A stretch of DNA of 64,000 nucleotides from Mytilus californianus (taxonomy: Eukaryota), in contig NW_026262690.1 in NCBI RefSeq assembly GCF_021869535.1, forward strand, positions 91,326,001-91,390,000, in the 5' to 3' direction. Below the pieces are notes generated by a model. The model saw only the letters and a program-made list of their open reading frames with translations, did not search any database and had not been told where the DNA came from. Below are positions 13,501-28,500 of the stretch, piece after piece. A program made the translations under genes and the position numbers. The first letter of the stretch is position 1. The number at the start of each line of letters is the position of its first letter.

Positions 13501-16500
13501 ATACAATATCCATTTGCCTGGCACATGTTTTGTGCATATGGGTAAAAAAAAATGAAAATGTTCTTAGTATGGGTTTTACTCATTGTTGAAGGCCGTACAG
13601 TGACCTATAGTTGTTAATTTCTGTGTCATTTGTTCTCTTGTGGAGAGTTGTCTCATTAGCAATCATACCACATCTTCTTATTTTTATAATTAGGGAAATT
13701 AACAAAGGTTAAATTCTCCTAAACTTTTGTTAGAAAGCCAATTCAAACTGGTTATCCAGACTATTAGAACGTGGAAATAGATCATGAAAAACAAAGGGAA
13801 AAAACTAATTTCTTCTTCTCATGCAGTAAGTTTTGTAAGAGTTATATACTTTCTGTTTCAGGCATGCTTACAGCGACTGATGAATATCATAAGCTCAGTT
13901 GAGAAAATTGAGAAACTACTGGGTATTTCAGACAACGAGTCCACTACCGGGTGAGTTGTTTAGAATTTTTTTGGACATAAAACATTTGTCTCACTAAAGC
14001 TTAACTTTTTAGTATCCTTCCATCATCTTTCATAAGTATACCCAATAGCCAAGCAAATAAACCGTTATTGCCATCAGAGCTTCTGGTTCTCTTGTCAAGC
14101 TCACTTTTGACCTGTAGAGGTTACATGTGGTAGAGTTTGTCTCCTAATAGCATTTAGTCACTGATTGATATTGTCTTCATCTCTTACAAATAACTTAACA
14201 ATGACCAGTGAGTGGAATACATTTAATGATAAAAAGGGTTTTTCTCATTGTTGAAGGCCATATGATGACTATAGATTTATGTCATTTGGTCTCTGGTGGA
14301 GAGGTGTCTCATTGCCAATCATCTTCTTATTTTATAATCTTGAAGATTTTAGTTTAGGTTTCACTTTTTTGTTCTTTTTTAGTTGATTTTTATGTTTTTT
14401 GTTTTTGGGAGGTAGACAAAGCAATTTTAATTGCATTGGGTGTCCTCCATTGATTCCCCATTGATTCCCTTTACAATATCTTTGAGATTAAGCTATTTAA
14501 AGACAATGAATATACATGTACCTGTACATTAAAAAAAAAGTAATGTCTGGTCAGGTTAAGGCATTAAAATCTGTTGCCCAGTGTTGAGACTACCCTGCTT
14601 GCAATAACTCTTGGGAGTGATCCGTAAGTGACCTTCTGCAAAGCAAAAATTCACCCCTAAACAAAATATCCTGTTTTCCAGTGGCATACCTTCATCTCTG
14701 TTAACCCACTTTGCTAACTAACTCAGTTGTATAGCATGAAATATTAACCACTTGATGTTCATCTTCATTACAGAACACTAACTGGACAGCTGATTGAGAG
14801 AGTAGCCAATGAATTCAACAAGTTACAGTTTAATGTTACAAAGAGCAAGGGACATGCGTTAGTAGACAAAATTAGACCAGTAAGTTATCTTTCATTGGAA
14901 AAAAATCAAAATAAATTTAAACTTTTAACTCAGTATTACGAAGTAACCATCTGAAGACCTAGATATTTGTTTATGTACAGTGAAAAAATGCAGTGTACAG
15001 TTTATACTGTATGCAATAATAAGAACAATTTAAAATTGCAGGCATACAAGATCTACCACTAGGATTATTATTTTGGTTATCTCCCTTGTTACCCAGGAAA
15101 TAGGTAACCATGATGCCAAAGTTCTGGCTCCAGTATCAATTTTTTTGTGTTGTAATTTTGGCACAAACATTTACAAATACATTCTGCTCATATATTTCTT
15201 TAGAAATTCTGTTATTCACTGTAATACTACTCTGAGAATGTCATATTAAATTCTATTTCAGAGAATAACAACAATCACAACAACACTGCAATACAGTTTA
15301 GAAGGACATTTTGTTGAGGGTCTAGAAAATGGGAATGTGGAAATCTTGCAGCAATGTCTCAGGACATATGCCCTGATAGATAAGATTAAAGATGCTGAAA
15401 ATTTGTTCAGAATTAATGTTGTACGACCATATATGGAAAAGGTAATACAATAATTAAAACTTTGATATTTATTTTGCATTAATTAAGGGATCTCAAACAT
15501 CAGCTAAAAAGTTCAGAGGCCATGCTTGACTTACAAAAGAAAGACTTGGGACAAGTCGGACAAGTAGAATCACCATATGAGTTGTCCGACGGGACAAGTG
15601 AAACATCCATGATATAAAACATATAAACCTTCCAAGACTAACAAATGCCTAAAACATGAACTATTTTTTATTGATCATACAAATCTAAATTCATTGATTG
15701 AACCAGGGGAACATAAGTGAGGGGAGGAAAATCAATTATAAAACATGCTCACTGACAGAAGCTTTCTTATCAGAGAAGATAAATCCAGAGAGATCCGGTT
15801 CATTAGAATCACGATCTTTAATATGTTTAAACAGTTGGGATGTGTGCAAGGCGTTTTTACACACGTGTTGTTGTTTTACCTGGAAGAAGGAATCAAAATA
15901 AAAATTGATTTAAGAAAGTTAAAACTTCACCCATATGACTACAGAATGGATAACTTCCATTTATCTGCATTTTCCCCTCTGCGTTACTCAATTAACTCCG
16001 TGCCCTCTAGCGGTCTGTAGCAATCGGAGATTAGTCAGAGATCGGCAGAATATAATGACTGACATTATTCAGGTTGCCTCAACGGAGGAACAACCTATAT
16101 ATTATACCTCTTCAATGGGGATTTATGATATAACCAGCCTATTTCCAGTGCTTTTTCATTGGTTATCTATCTATGAATAAAGGACAGATTTCAGTCAATT
16201 CTAATCTCGAAAGACAATGTTTAACAGTTTAATAGTTTTGGAGGAAATTTGAGGCTCAGTATTTATAAGACAATAGTTAAAAACAAACATTAAAAACAAT
16301 AATGGGTAAGTCTTGAATATTTTAGTGTCTAAATGGGTCTCTTTTGGGGAGTATCAGGGAAAATGGGGCTTCATATTTTAAGGGGGTAAAAAAAGGAAAA
16401 GCGATTTTCTGTTCAAAATGAAATCTTTCTCTTATTCAAAACAAACAATAGTACAAATTAGATCTAGACCACATTACAAGTTCAGAAATTCAATTTTCCT

Positions 16501-19500
16501 GCAAATTGGGGGAAAGGGGGGATGAGGTTTCAGCAAAGAACCTGATGACATGGGCAGTGATGATAATCAAAGCTTTCATCATTTCTACACATGATAGTGA
16601 CATTGAGTAAGCTGGCGAACTTACTTTGGAAGGGCAAATAAACTTTAAAAAAATAATAAAACGATTTTTGATGTAATATTCTTTAATTCGTTACAGACAA
16701 ACTCATATAACACAACAAATTACTACTTTCATCGGGTAAGCTAAAAGCCCAAAGTGTGACTGTGCGCATTATCAATGTGCAAGATTTTTTACTTTGGATT
16801 CAGGCAAGTGAGTTCAGAGGTCGGACAAATTGATTTTCTTGCAACTTGTCCGAATGGACATGTTAGAAATATTGATAATGTAGAGGCCTGATAGATCACA
16901 CAAATATGTAATCAGATTTTTATAATTTTGCAGCCAAAGTCTGCAAATCTTGGAAATTCTAAAGACATGAAAGTTTTTTTCACAATTCAAATGTACTCAT
17001 AGGGTTTTGATTCATGTTTATTTGGACCAATGATAATATTTTTGTAAGCTCACATAGACCAAGAATTCATGTTTATTTTTTCAAAATTCTTTTCTCTGAA
17101 ACTATTGTCAGTCCATTTCATAGACGTTGTTGCCCCTTAATGACAATTTTAAATGATTTGTTATGCTGTTTTGGCTATAATCTTGAAAACTACAATAAAT
17201 TTTAGACATAGAGAAACTGTACCCAGCAAAAACATTCAGCATCTTTTATTTAGTTTTTTTTGGTGCATTTTTTAAAATTGTTTCTAGAAAACTTTTAACA
17301 GGGAGAGAGAAACAAAGAATAGCAACATCCACCAGCAAAATAAGATAGACAAATAAATTAAACACAACTAAAATTGTGAATGTTATTCCAAAATTTCCCT
17401 GAAAGAGAGATTTTCATTCATTTTAACTCACTTTGCTTGCTGTCCACATCCGGCTGTTAATTTTCAAAATTTGACCTTTAGAACCAATGAACAGAATAAA
17501 ACAACACTTGACATAGATGTTCTTACATGGTTCTTACTAATCTGAGTGATGTAACTTTGGTGCTGATTCATCAAACATAGCTACTATGACCTTTTCAAAT
17601 TTCTGTTTGCTTTGAATTAGGAAAATTTCTCAAAAATAGCTGAATTGAAACCAAACTAGATAGATATAATCCTTTGAAAGTCCTTAAAAAGTGCTGAAGT
17701 GTGCTGATCAGAAATTCAAAATTACTGCCAGCAGATGTCAAAATTTACATTGAAATCCTACTGGAAATTATAATTTTTATTTCTTTTTGAGAATGTATTT
17801 AGTGAAATGACACAAACAAAGACATCAAATCTTTTTCACCTTGCTCCACTCATAATATTGTTTTAGTTGCAACCTCATAAACTCTCAAATCATCAGTTTC
17901 CTCATGTTTCATTTAAGTATTTTTATCTGATGTTCATTTTACAAATTACTTTTAAAAAGGATAAGCATAGGACAAAGGAACAAATAATATGCTAAAATTA
18001 ATGAAGGAATGTTAGGTAAATGTCAGTTAGACCCTTACAGGCATATCCAGATAAATTTCTATGATGGCCCCAAAAAAATCCTGCTTGTACAGCTAGAAAA
18101 GATATACAAATCAACATAACAGAAATTACAGATTGACTCATTATAGGAGAAATTTTCCTTAAATGATGATTTTTTTTACTTGTTTATGACATTTTTGGCA
18201 ATCATCTTAAAAACTAGAATAGATATAGAGACCACACAAAAACTAGATCTACAAGAAAACAAAGAACATGTAACCTGTGTAATGCAGATACCTATCTTAT
18301 TTATTCAAACAGATTTGTTTTATGATTATTAATAATCTTCTCAAAATATTAAACATAAAGCATAGCTTTGACCTCTAATACTGTAGTATGTAACACTAGT
18401 GGAGAGAGTTTTAACAGTCACACACTTTCAACTGTCATTAAATCTTTATTTTTTTTTATTAAAGTTTAACCCTTGTCTGTCCGTACCTCCATCCCTTTTG
18501 TCTCAAAATTGGATTCTGTTCTCTAACCTTAGTTTGCCTCAATCAAATGTAATGAAACTTATACATATTGCTTATTACCACAAAACACAGATCAAGTTTG
18601 AACTTGGGTGGCGTCACTTCTACCTTTCTGGAGTTTATGCCCCTTTATATATGGAAAAATTGATGAATTTTTCATTTCCGTTCTATAACTTAAGTTTGCC
18701 TCAAACAAATGTTATGAAACTTATACACAATACTTATTACCACAATACACAGATCAAGTTCGAATTTGGGTGGTGTCACTTTTACAGTTCTCAAGTTATG
18801 CCTCTTTATAACATTATATGCAAGCAGGGGCATCATCTGTGTCCCATGGACACATTCTCCATTTATTTTAATTTAAACTAGATAAACTAACAGAATAATT
18901 TCTTTTATTATGCTATGAGATAGCCAGAAAATGAGCAATACATGTTACCATTACTGTTAATAGTATAAGCACCATTCGCTGACTTAACTGCAACTTGGTC
19001 CCCTTTCTTCAGATTTAATATAATACTGGTTGTTCCTGATTCGTGACTAGACCCTTTCAGCCATATAGTTTGTTGCTTGTTATTATTAAGAGTAAGGTAG
19101 ACAACTAGGTATTTTCCATTCTGAGTCATGACTGTATAAGAAAAATGATAAACTCCAGCAACAGGTGCAGTGAAAATACCAGTGGTTGGATTATAGCCAT
19201 TAAGTATATTAGTGACAATTTTGTCAAACTTGATATCTTTACCAGTTCCAGGGGTTTGTGAACTGGTCAGCATTGCTGAAAAGGCTGGGATTTTGGTTCT
19301 ACTTGGACACTGACAGTCTTTATCTAAAATGAATATAAGAATAAGCTATAAGATAAGAAAATGACAGTTAGGTATGAAACTTGGAAACTATCAAAATTGC
19401 TTAATTTGTAAATCTTTTTAAAAAGATTAATGTTGTTGTCACTTTAATCTCCTTTCTTGATGTAATTTTATATAATAATGATTTCTAGTGTAAAAATGGA

Positions 19501-22500
19501 AATATGCATGAAAGAACTGTAATGAAACAATCAACATTTTATTGTATGCAATCACATGATATTTTGACATCCTTAAAATGAGAGAAATTTCATCAATCAT
19601 ATTTTCTTTTTTTTTCAATACAGACAACATCATTTTTTTCTGTTATTTGGGTTGCTGTCTCCATGAAATTTCCCATACCTCTCCTTTAATCCATAACTAT
19701 ATATAATTATCAAATTTATACAATTATTCATGGTTTGTATTGATGAAATGTTTTTATCAGATTTTTTAAAACTAGTTAAGTAAAAAAAGAATAATATGTA
19801 TAGAATAACTGCACATTGTTTCGAAATATGAAATTTATTTATACAAGGATTTGATAGCACAGCTTGTTGGCTTGTTATAAATTAAAATTAAACAAATCAG
19901 CTGAGTGATTCTGCAACATCCTCATGAAGAAAATCATCGTAAAATGGTAACTCAAACAGTTGCTTGGTTTTCTGTTTAAATAGTTTTGAATCTTAAATCC
20001 AAAGATGTTTAAAGTTGCCGCTGTATTTATTTCATTTAATCGTTGACAGTATTAGCCCATGATTGTTTCGAAAACCTGGATTTTCCTTGTCAGTCGCCAT
20101 TTTTGTTTACTTGTCAGACTTGTAAATCACAAGTTGTCTCCCTTATACTGATTTTGATAGTGATTGGACTTCGCTTTAATGTCCTTTGGTTGGTGAGTTT
20201 TAGCGATTTTCAAAATTTTTTGACGACTCATATCCTCATTTCGCTGGGAAGAATATGGCCTGGGATTAGAAGCAGATAGAAAGTCAGGATTTGCCAATAA
20301 TTTCTATCCTGTATCAAGCCAAGTTCAAATAAAATATATGTTCTGAAAAATATGTATGTTTGTTCTTTGTATACTGCATCTGCTACAAATGAAAATTTTG
20401 GGCAAAAAATAAACAATTATGAATTTGATGTGGAAGACTTAAAAATTTCTCCTAACCTATATATGTTCGCTAGTTCAATATTAATATAAATATTATTAGC
20501 GTCACAAACAAGGCTTTATACAATCATTAACTATAAAAAGCCAAAGTTTATGCCTTTGCAAAAAATATTGCATTTATTATATAAAAGAAAATAAGTATGA
20601 AACTTACCTGGACTTTTATTTTTCATTGCCATTTCTAGGAGATCACCAAGAAGCGAACACTCTGAAAAATAGTATATTTGAAACAGTAGTTTTCATCCAG
20701 TATATTACATTTGTAGTTCCTTATAATAATTCTATATTTTTGTTATCTTATTTATCAGCTAAAAAACAGTATTATTTTATTTACCTAATTTTGTGTCACA
20801 TGATCCAATAACCATTTCTGCAAATAACAAAAGTGTCAATAAGGCTGTGTAGTAACTCAACTTCATTTCGATGGTGACTTTGGACAAATTAACTGTTTCT
20901 GTGTTTTCATGTTTTTATACACTGGTAGTAATGATGGAATCACTTGACTCGATGAAATCAAACCATCAATTAAAATGAGAAAGATATGGATAATGAGTTT
21001 TTATCATGCACTATAACATGACAGGAATATAAATAGTTTATATTAAATTACTTTCTGCTGGTAAGTTGTTAAAATAAAGAACTTACTTTGAAATTATTGA
21101 TAGTTTTTTCCTTGACTATATAGATTTCATATGAAAAAAGAAAAAAATATTTATAGTTTTTTTCCTTAATTTACAGATGATTAAAAACGATATGGGATAT
21201 ATGTCAATGTGACAGCAGCCCAAAAACAATGAACATTTTATGATATTGCTTTATAGTTTGAGATTAACTTTAGTTTGACTGAATCCTTGGCTTATTAGCA
21301 CATATGGACCAAAAGGTCCATGTGAGCTTTTGCCAACACTTTATGTCTGTTTGCCCTGCATCGTTATCATAGTTCTGAGTTAACTTTTTCAAAATTCTTC
21401 TGCTCTGAAACTCCTAGGCCAAATCTTACCAAAATTTACCTGCATGTTCCTTAGGGCATCTAGTTTGTAAATTTTATCTGAGAATTTGATCCATCAACAT
21501 ATATGGCAGCTGTTGATAGATATAGAAAAGATAGGGTCAGTGTACATGTTTGGTTTATATATTAAAAGATATGATTGATAGAGAAAAAAAGTCACCTCAA
21601 AATGTCAGAATGCCATTATCTACCATTGTTTCTTTTTATTTGGTCTGAGGACACAGTTATCATCCTTAGATTTTCGTTGTCTACAAATATAGTCCCTTGT
21701 GTGGACAGTGTATAACTTGCAAATTTTATTCATACACTTTCCAAATTTATTTCTTTATATTTTATGCATGAAATATTAAGTAAGGGGATGAAATTACATG
21801 TTAAAAAAATTTGGGTGCTGAATCTTTATGTTAAGAAGTGGTTTGGTCCAGTAAAAAAAGGTCAAAAACTAGTATGTCTGAAGCTGTCAAACTGAATTTT
21901 AGACCCCCTTAACATAGAATTGTCATTATTTTGAGTAAGAGCTGGTAGACTTTTCTATAATTTTGATATTATTTGTCCCAATAGTAGTACACCACACTTA
22001 AAATTTTTTTAATTTGACTTTATTGTCTAAAAGAAATGCACTATGAAATAATTGTAAAATAAAAAAATACGACTTTTACTGAAAATGGAAAATTGGATAA
22101 AAAGATAAAAAAAAATTAAAAAACATTTATAAAGGGCTAATTGCTACAGAATTGTAGTTGATATTTCTAACCACCAATAAAAAGGATGCTTACTTTATGA
22201 AGAAGAAAAAATTCGCAATAAAATTCAGTCATGTAATTAGTTATGTAATATTAATGATCCTCTAAGTTTGGTTGATTACCATAACTACTAACATTAATTT
22301 TCACCTTCAGCAATTATGGTTTTATTTTATAGGTAATCACAGAACAGTTCTTGAAAGCTAACAACCTTCAAGGAATGTATGCAAAAATCCTGGAATTTGT
22401 GCCACTACATTGTAAAATTCTCAGGGATGTCACAACTGGGTAATATTTTTATCCATAGTATTGTTAATCTTTATATAATTAAATCTTTGTAAAGCCAATT

Positions 22501-25500
22501 AAACGATCAGAATGAGGAAAAGGGTCACACTTAAAACATGTTCATTTTTGTCAAGTCTGCAACATTATGTCATGGAAACAAGACATTGCGATCCTAAGCT
22601 AATCTTCCAAGATAAGAAAAAAGTGTGTGAAGAAAAAAGTTTGATTTAAAAGAAAAATCTATATTTTACTGATAAATGGACCTTTTTTATGCCCCCGCCG
22701 TAGCGGAGGGGGCATTAAGTTTTACCCTTGTCCGTCTGTACGTACATCCCAAAATTGGTTTCCGTTCTCTTACTTGAGTTTGCCTCAACCAAATGTTAAG
22801 AAACTTATACACAATACTTATTACCACAAAACACAGATCAAGTTTGAATTTTGGTGGTGTCACTTGAACCGTTCGAGAGTTATGCCCGTTTACAAATGGA
22901 AAAATTGCTGAATTTTTCGTTTCCGTTCTTTAATTTTAGTTTGCCTCAACCAAATGTTATGATACTTATACAAAATGCTTATTACCACAAAACACAGATG
23001 AAGTTTGAATTTTGGTGGCGTCACTTTAACCGTTCTAGAGTTATGCACCTTTAGAAATGGAAAAATTGCAAAATTTTTATTTTCTTCTAAATATCAAGTT
23101 ATTTTTAAAATTGGAGTTATCTTCCTTTGTCCATGATTATAGTTGAATCAACTACAATCAATGCTTTATACAATGCAATGTTTAATTTTGACTTCCACTG
23201 ATAAAACACAGACCAAGTTGAATTTGGGTAGTGTCACTTTAACCATTATTGAGTTATGCCCCTTTATAAATCGAAAGATTGCAAAAGTTTTAGTTTCCAT
23301 TCTGTAACTTAAGTTTGCCCCAATCAAACATTATGAAACCTATACGCAATATTCATTACCACAAGACTAAGATCACAAATTTTTTGTTTCCGTTTTCTAA
23401 CTTTAGTTTGCCTCAACCAAATGTTATGAAACTTATACACAATGCTTATTACTACATAATACAGATTAAGTAAGAAATTTGGTGGCAACACTTTTACCAT
23501 TCTTGAGTTATGTCCCTTTATAAACATAAAAATTGCTGAATTTTTCGTTTACATTCTCTAACTTTAGTTTGTCTCAACCAAATGTTATAAAACTTATACA
23601 CAGCCATTCTAGAGTTGTGCGTGATTACAAATAGAAAAATTGCTGAATTTTTAGTTTCTGTTCTCTTCTTAAGTTAGCCTCAACCAAATGTTATGAGACT
23701 TACACACAATGCTTATTACAACAAAACTCAGATCAAGTTCAAATTTGGGTAGCGTCACTTTTACCGTTCTTCAGTTATGTCCCTTTATAACTATATGACA
23801 TGCAAGCGGGGGCATCATCTGTGTCCACATGTGGACACTATCCACATTTATTTTTTTACATGCAACATTACACTTTCATACTGACAGCAGAAATCACAGG
23901 CAAGACACAGGGTTTCAAGGAACCCATTACAATTTATGCACCCGCCACTAGGCGAAGGGGGCATTAAGTGTTACCCTTGTACGTCCTGTCCGTCCGTCGC
24001 GTACATCCCCAAAATTGGTTTCTGTTCTCTAACTTTAGTTTGCCTCAACCAAATATAATAAAACTTATACACAATGCTTATTACCACAAAACACAGATCA
24101 AGTTGGAAATTGGGTGGCGTCTCTTTTACCATTCATAAATTATGTCCCTTTATAAACATAAAAATTGCTGAATTTTTCGTTTCCGTTTTCTAATTTTGGT
24201 TTGCCTCAACCAAATGTTATCAATCTTATACACAATGCTTATTACCTCAAAACACAGATCAAGGTTGAATTTTGGTGTTCTAGAGTATGTCCCTTTACAA
24301 ATTGAAAAATTGCTGAATTTTTTTTTTCTGTTCTCTTACTTAAGTTTGCCTCAACCAAATGTTATGAAACTTGTACACAATGCTTATTACCACAAAACTC
24401 AGATCAAGTACGAATTGGGGTAGAGTCACTTTTACCGTTCTTGAGTTATGTCCCTTTATAACGTTATATCCAAGCGGGGGACATCATCTGTGTCCATTCC
24501 CCATTTATTTTCCGTGATATTCTTAATTTTTGTCTTCAATCACTCTGAGATATACCTGAAAGATTACTATTTCCCCATATTATTAACTACTGTTTGAGGA
24601 AATGCTGTCAGATACTTTATTTATTTGCAAAAAGTTAAAAAATATTCAATATATGAAATGGTGAAATTTCAGAATCATTTCATGCAGATGAATATGATGT
24701 AATGGACTTGAAGTTAGAAATCTGCATTAATTTTAATAATTGAGTTTCCTTATTATGAGGACTTTTATTTTACAAAAACTTTCAAAGAATAAAACTGTTC
24801 TATTTAAGATGTTTCACTTATGAATTTGTACATGTATCACTTATATGTTTTTGTTGAAATTTTTAAAAATTCACTGGATTAGAGATGAAAGGTATGATTT
24901 GTGGGAAATCATCTTATACATATAGTATGACAGTAACCAATTAATTTTGATTGAAGTTCAATGACAAATTAGCAATGTTCCATTGTACTTCTCCTTCAGC
25001 TTTACAGATTTTTAAGAGTAAAACTGATCTGAACTTGACCTGTAATTCTCTCATGATAAGTGTATTTTACAGATATTTTATTTTGTATGTTTCAACTGTT
25101 GGACTTTGAATACAAATTTTTTTAGTTAATAACTATTTCTGGTGACACACAGCTTTCACTGTATTTGATTGAACATTGAACAATTTGGTTGGTATTTGGA
25201 AAATTTAAGATATATATGCTATTCTTTTCATTTGTTATTAACGTACGAGTCCAACATGAGCTTTTTGAAATTTTTGTCTTTGAAGTTCAAAGTTCAAGTA
25301 ATCTTAAAAATTGTCTAAAGAGAGAAATGTGGAAATTTATCATTATTCTCAAAATCTATGGTTACTATTCTGCTATTTTCCCTTTCTAGACTATTCATGA
25401 TAAATGTAAATTCTGTATATGTAAAGAAATTGGACTCTTCCATTTCAACTGAGGGACTTATGTATGTAGTAATATGGTTATGGTACTATTTATAAATCAT

Positions 25501-28500
25501 TGCAACAATCATTTAAGTGTTCAGTAATTTTCTTGTATCAAACATTTTGAAGTTTTGAAATTTGTATTTGATTGTTCAAAACATTTCGTTTCAGATGAAT
25601 TTACCTTAAGTTTATTAGAAATCCTTTAAAAGGTTTTTTTTTCAATCAAAAATTTTGATTATTTAATTGACCATGTGCAAGAAAATTGGGTAACACATAA
25701 ATGGTTTTTGGTGTGATAATATGACTTTTTGTAGTATTTTTGTATTATATATAAATAATGGTGTATAAAGTTTATGGAATATGGAATAATTATTCAAGTT
25801 CTCACATAAAATTTTGTGGATGATAAGCATAAGAAGATGATCTGAACTAGCCTACATTGCTATACAAACAGTTACACTTTTCATTGAATATATTATAAAG
25901 CATGTTTCACATAAAGAATGCATTTTATTGTATAGCAACTTAATATTTCCCACAGAACAAAATGGAAAGTAAGCATGAAATATTCTGTGATATTGCACTA
26001 TTGCAAATATAGCTTCAAATTATCGGTGTCATCAGTGCCAAAAAATTGTTGAAACAGTTTTCAAGTTCGGCTTTACAATAAAAGGCTCATTTCATCAATA
26101 TTGATGAATATAATTTCTCAGAATATATATTGCACTCACAAGCTGGTGCAATATAAAAATTTACTCTGGACAATTATCACCAAAACTTATGCAATAATTA
26201 ACCCTACAATACCGTAGACCTCTGGACAGTATGTAGATACAGTAATATATAAATTTTCTTTATGAATGGTTGATAGAGCTATTCTACAGTAGAATGTTCA
26301 ACAAAAGTTTGTTAACTTGTTAAAGTATTAAACTAAAATGCAAGTACCTGTAACACTTTTCAAAGACAACAGCAGATTTTTTTTTTTTCAATATCAATAT
26401 CTGAAATCTGACATTTTGGTTGATTTGTAGGGTCAATGAGACAACCCAACAATAAAATATAATAAAAAAATCTCTGTTTAAGGCTATTCCAATTAAATGG
26501 ATGTCATATAGTAGGAAGGGCCCTCAAAAATGAAAGTTCCCTTTCTTACCATCCCACATTCATTTCAATGAAATAGACCTGAAAATATTCTGTATGTACA
26601 GTGACCTATAGTTGCTTACATCTATGTTAATTGTTCTCTGTTAGATATTTGTCTGATTTAATGGCAATCATATCTCATCTTATTTGTTTTTATGTAGACA
26701 TACATACATTTCAAACACCTGTTGTGAACATCTATTAACAATGGCATGGGTTCTAAATTTAAGTGACAAAATATATTAGAAATACTTTCACCATTTTGAA
26801 AATTGTTTCATTTAGGCAAATGTGACAAGCGCTGGCAAAATCATTGCATTTGTATAGTATGCACATACTTCTATTGTAGCTCATCTGATACAGTAAGAGG
26901 TTATGACTTTTTAGTAAATGCAGTATGGCCTGAGGTGGTCAGTGATATAGAAACAGGAACTTCATCAATATTCGCACCTGGAAATCCAGCAGTTTTTCAT
27001 AAGGTAAATTTTATTATCTACCGGTACAAGCAAATCTGGAAATCTTTTAACTTTAAACTCATTGCAAGATATATGAAAAGATAAAAGGAATTACCAAAAA
27101 GATCAGATCATACTAACAACCTACACCTGAACAACCTGCACCTGAATACCGGGTACCAGTCAAATACAAAAAAAAACATAAGGGCATCATTATCTCAAGT
27201 ATTTCTTACAATTATTCCACATAGATAGTCCCTAAAACACATCAAATAATAATGTCATTATTATATAGTATATATGGCCATATATGGCCAATTAGATTAT
27301 AAACCATTTGTATTGCAATAACATAAACAGTACCAATTTTTCTGCACCCCCCCAACCTAGCCATTTCTTATTTTGGCCAATTATTTTAAAGTATTTTATT
27401 TACTCCTGGAATATTGATTTGTTTCATTTCATCCATATAATGACTCTACGTATGTATGACAAATATAATGGAGTTTCCTATTATGAATATACATGTGTAT
27501 ATAAACTACCCTCCCGATAGAGAAAAAAAGTTCATTTGCTAATGCAAGAAATAAGAAGCAACTTTTTGGAGAATTCCAAAACTAATGAATGAATAGTGAT
27601 TAATACAATTTATTTGCAGAAATACAACACCAGCATGGATTTTCTGTGTAAATTTGAGAAACTTTGTGGATCTAAAGCTAGCGTTAAAAGATTAAGAGAA
27701 CATTCAAGTTACCATACATTTATGAATAAATGGAGTTTACCAGTATATTTCCAAATAAGGTAATTACATTTTTGCTTTAATCGAAATGAAAATATGGAAG
27801 GTACATGGATGAATAAAAGATCAGTAAAATTTTCTTCCTACAGTGATTGATATTTAGTTTGAGATCTTGCTGAAAGAAAAATCAATAAAAATGTATGTTG
27901 CTTAAAACACTTTGCTTAAAACACATTGAAAAAGGAATATCTTACATGAATCAACCTTAACTATGATATGCTAACATATTACACAAAAATACCTTTAAAG
28001 GTAAAATCATGTCATTTGTCTCTATTTGGCGCTTTCTACAGTTTCTCCAAGTCTAGTGATTTGACTCTGAAATGTTGTTTCCGATTACTAACATTGTACT
28101 ACTCATGCTAGTATCTTGATTTGGCATAAGATAGACTGAAAACTTTCTTAATTAATGTGACATATAAAGAAAAAAAAAATAGCATATAAAATCTGGCCTT
28201 TGTTAGTCTTGTATGTTTTTTTTAATTTTAGTACATTTATATGTTTCAGAGTTTTAGTGTGACGTCCATTTTCACTGAACTAGTACACTTTTTTGTTAAG
28301 GGGCCAGCTGTAGCCTGCCTCTGAGTGCGGGATTTCTTCGCTGTGTTGAAGACCCATTGGTGGCCTTGGGCTGTTTCATGCTCTTTGTTTGGGTTGTTGT
28401 CTCTTTGACACATTCCCCATTTCCATTCTCAATTTTACAATGTAAAGAATTATCATAAATTCATTTACTTCTGTTATTTGTTGTTGCTGCTCCAAACAGA

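Noticed and set aside
18399-18881. 160-aa ORF with an internal repeat
   Set aside because: Reads through HINE core repeats; the same pseudo-peptide recurs at 22851-23054 and 24196-24423.
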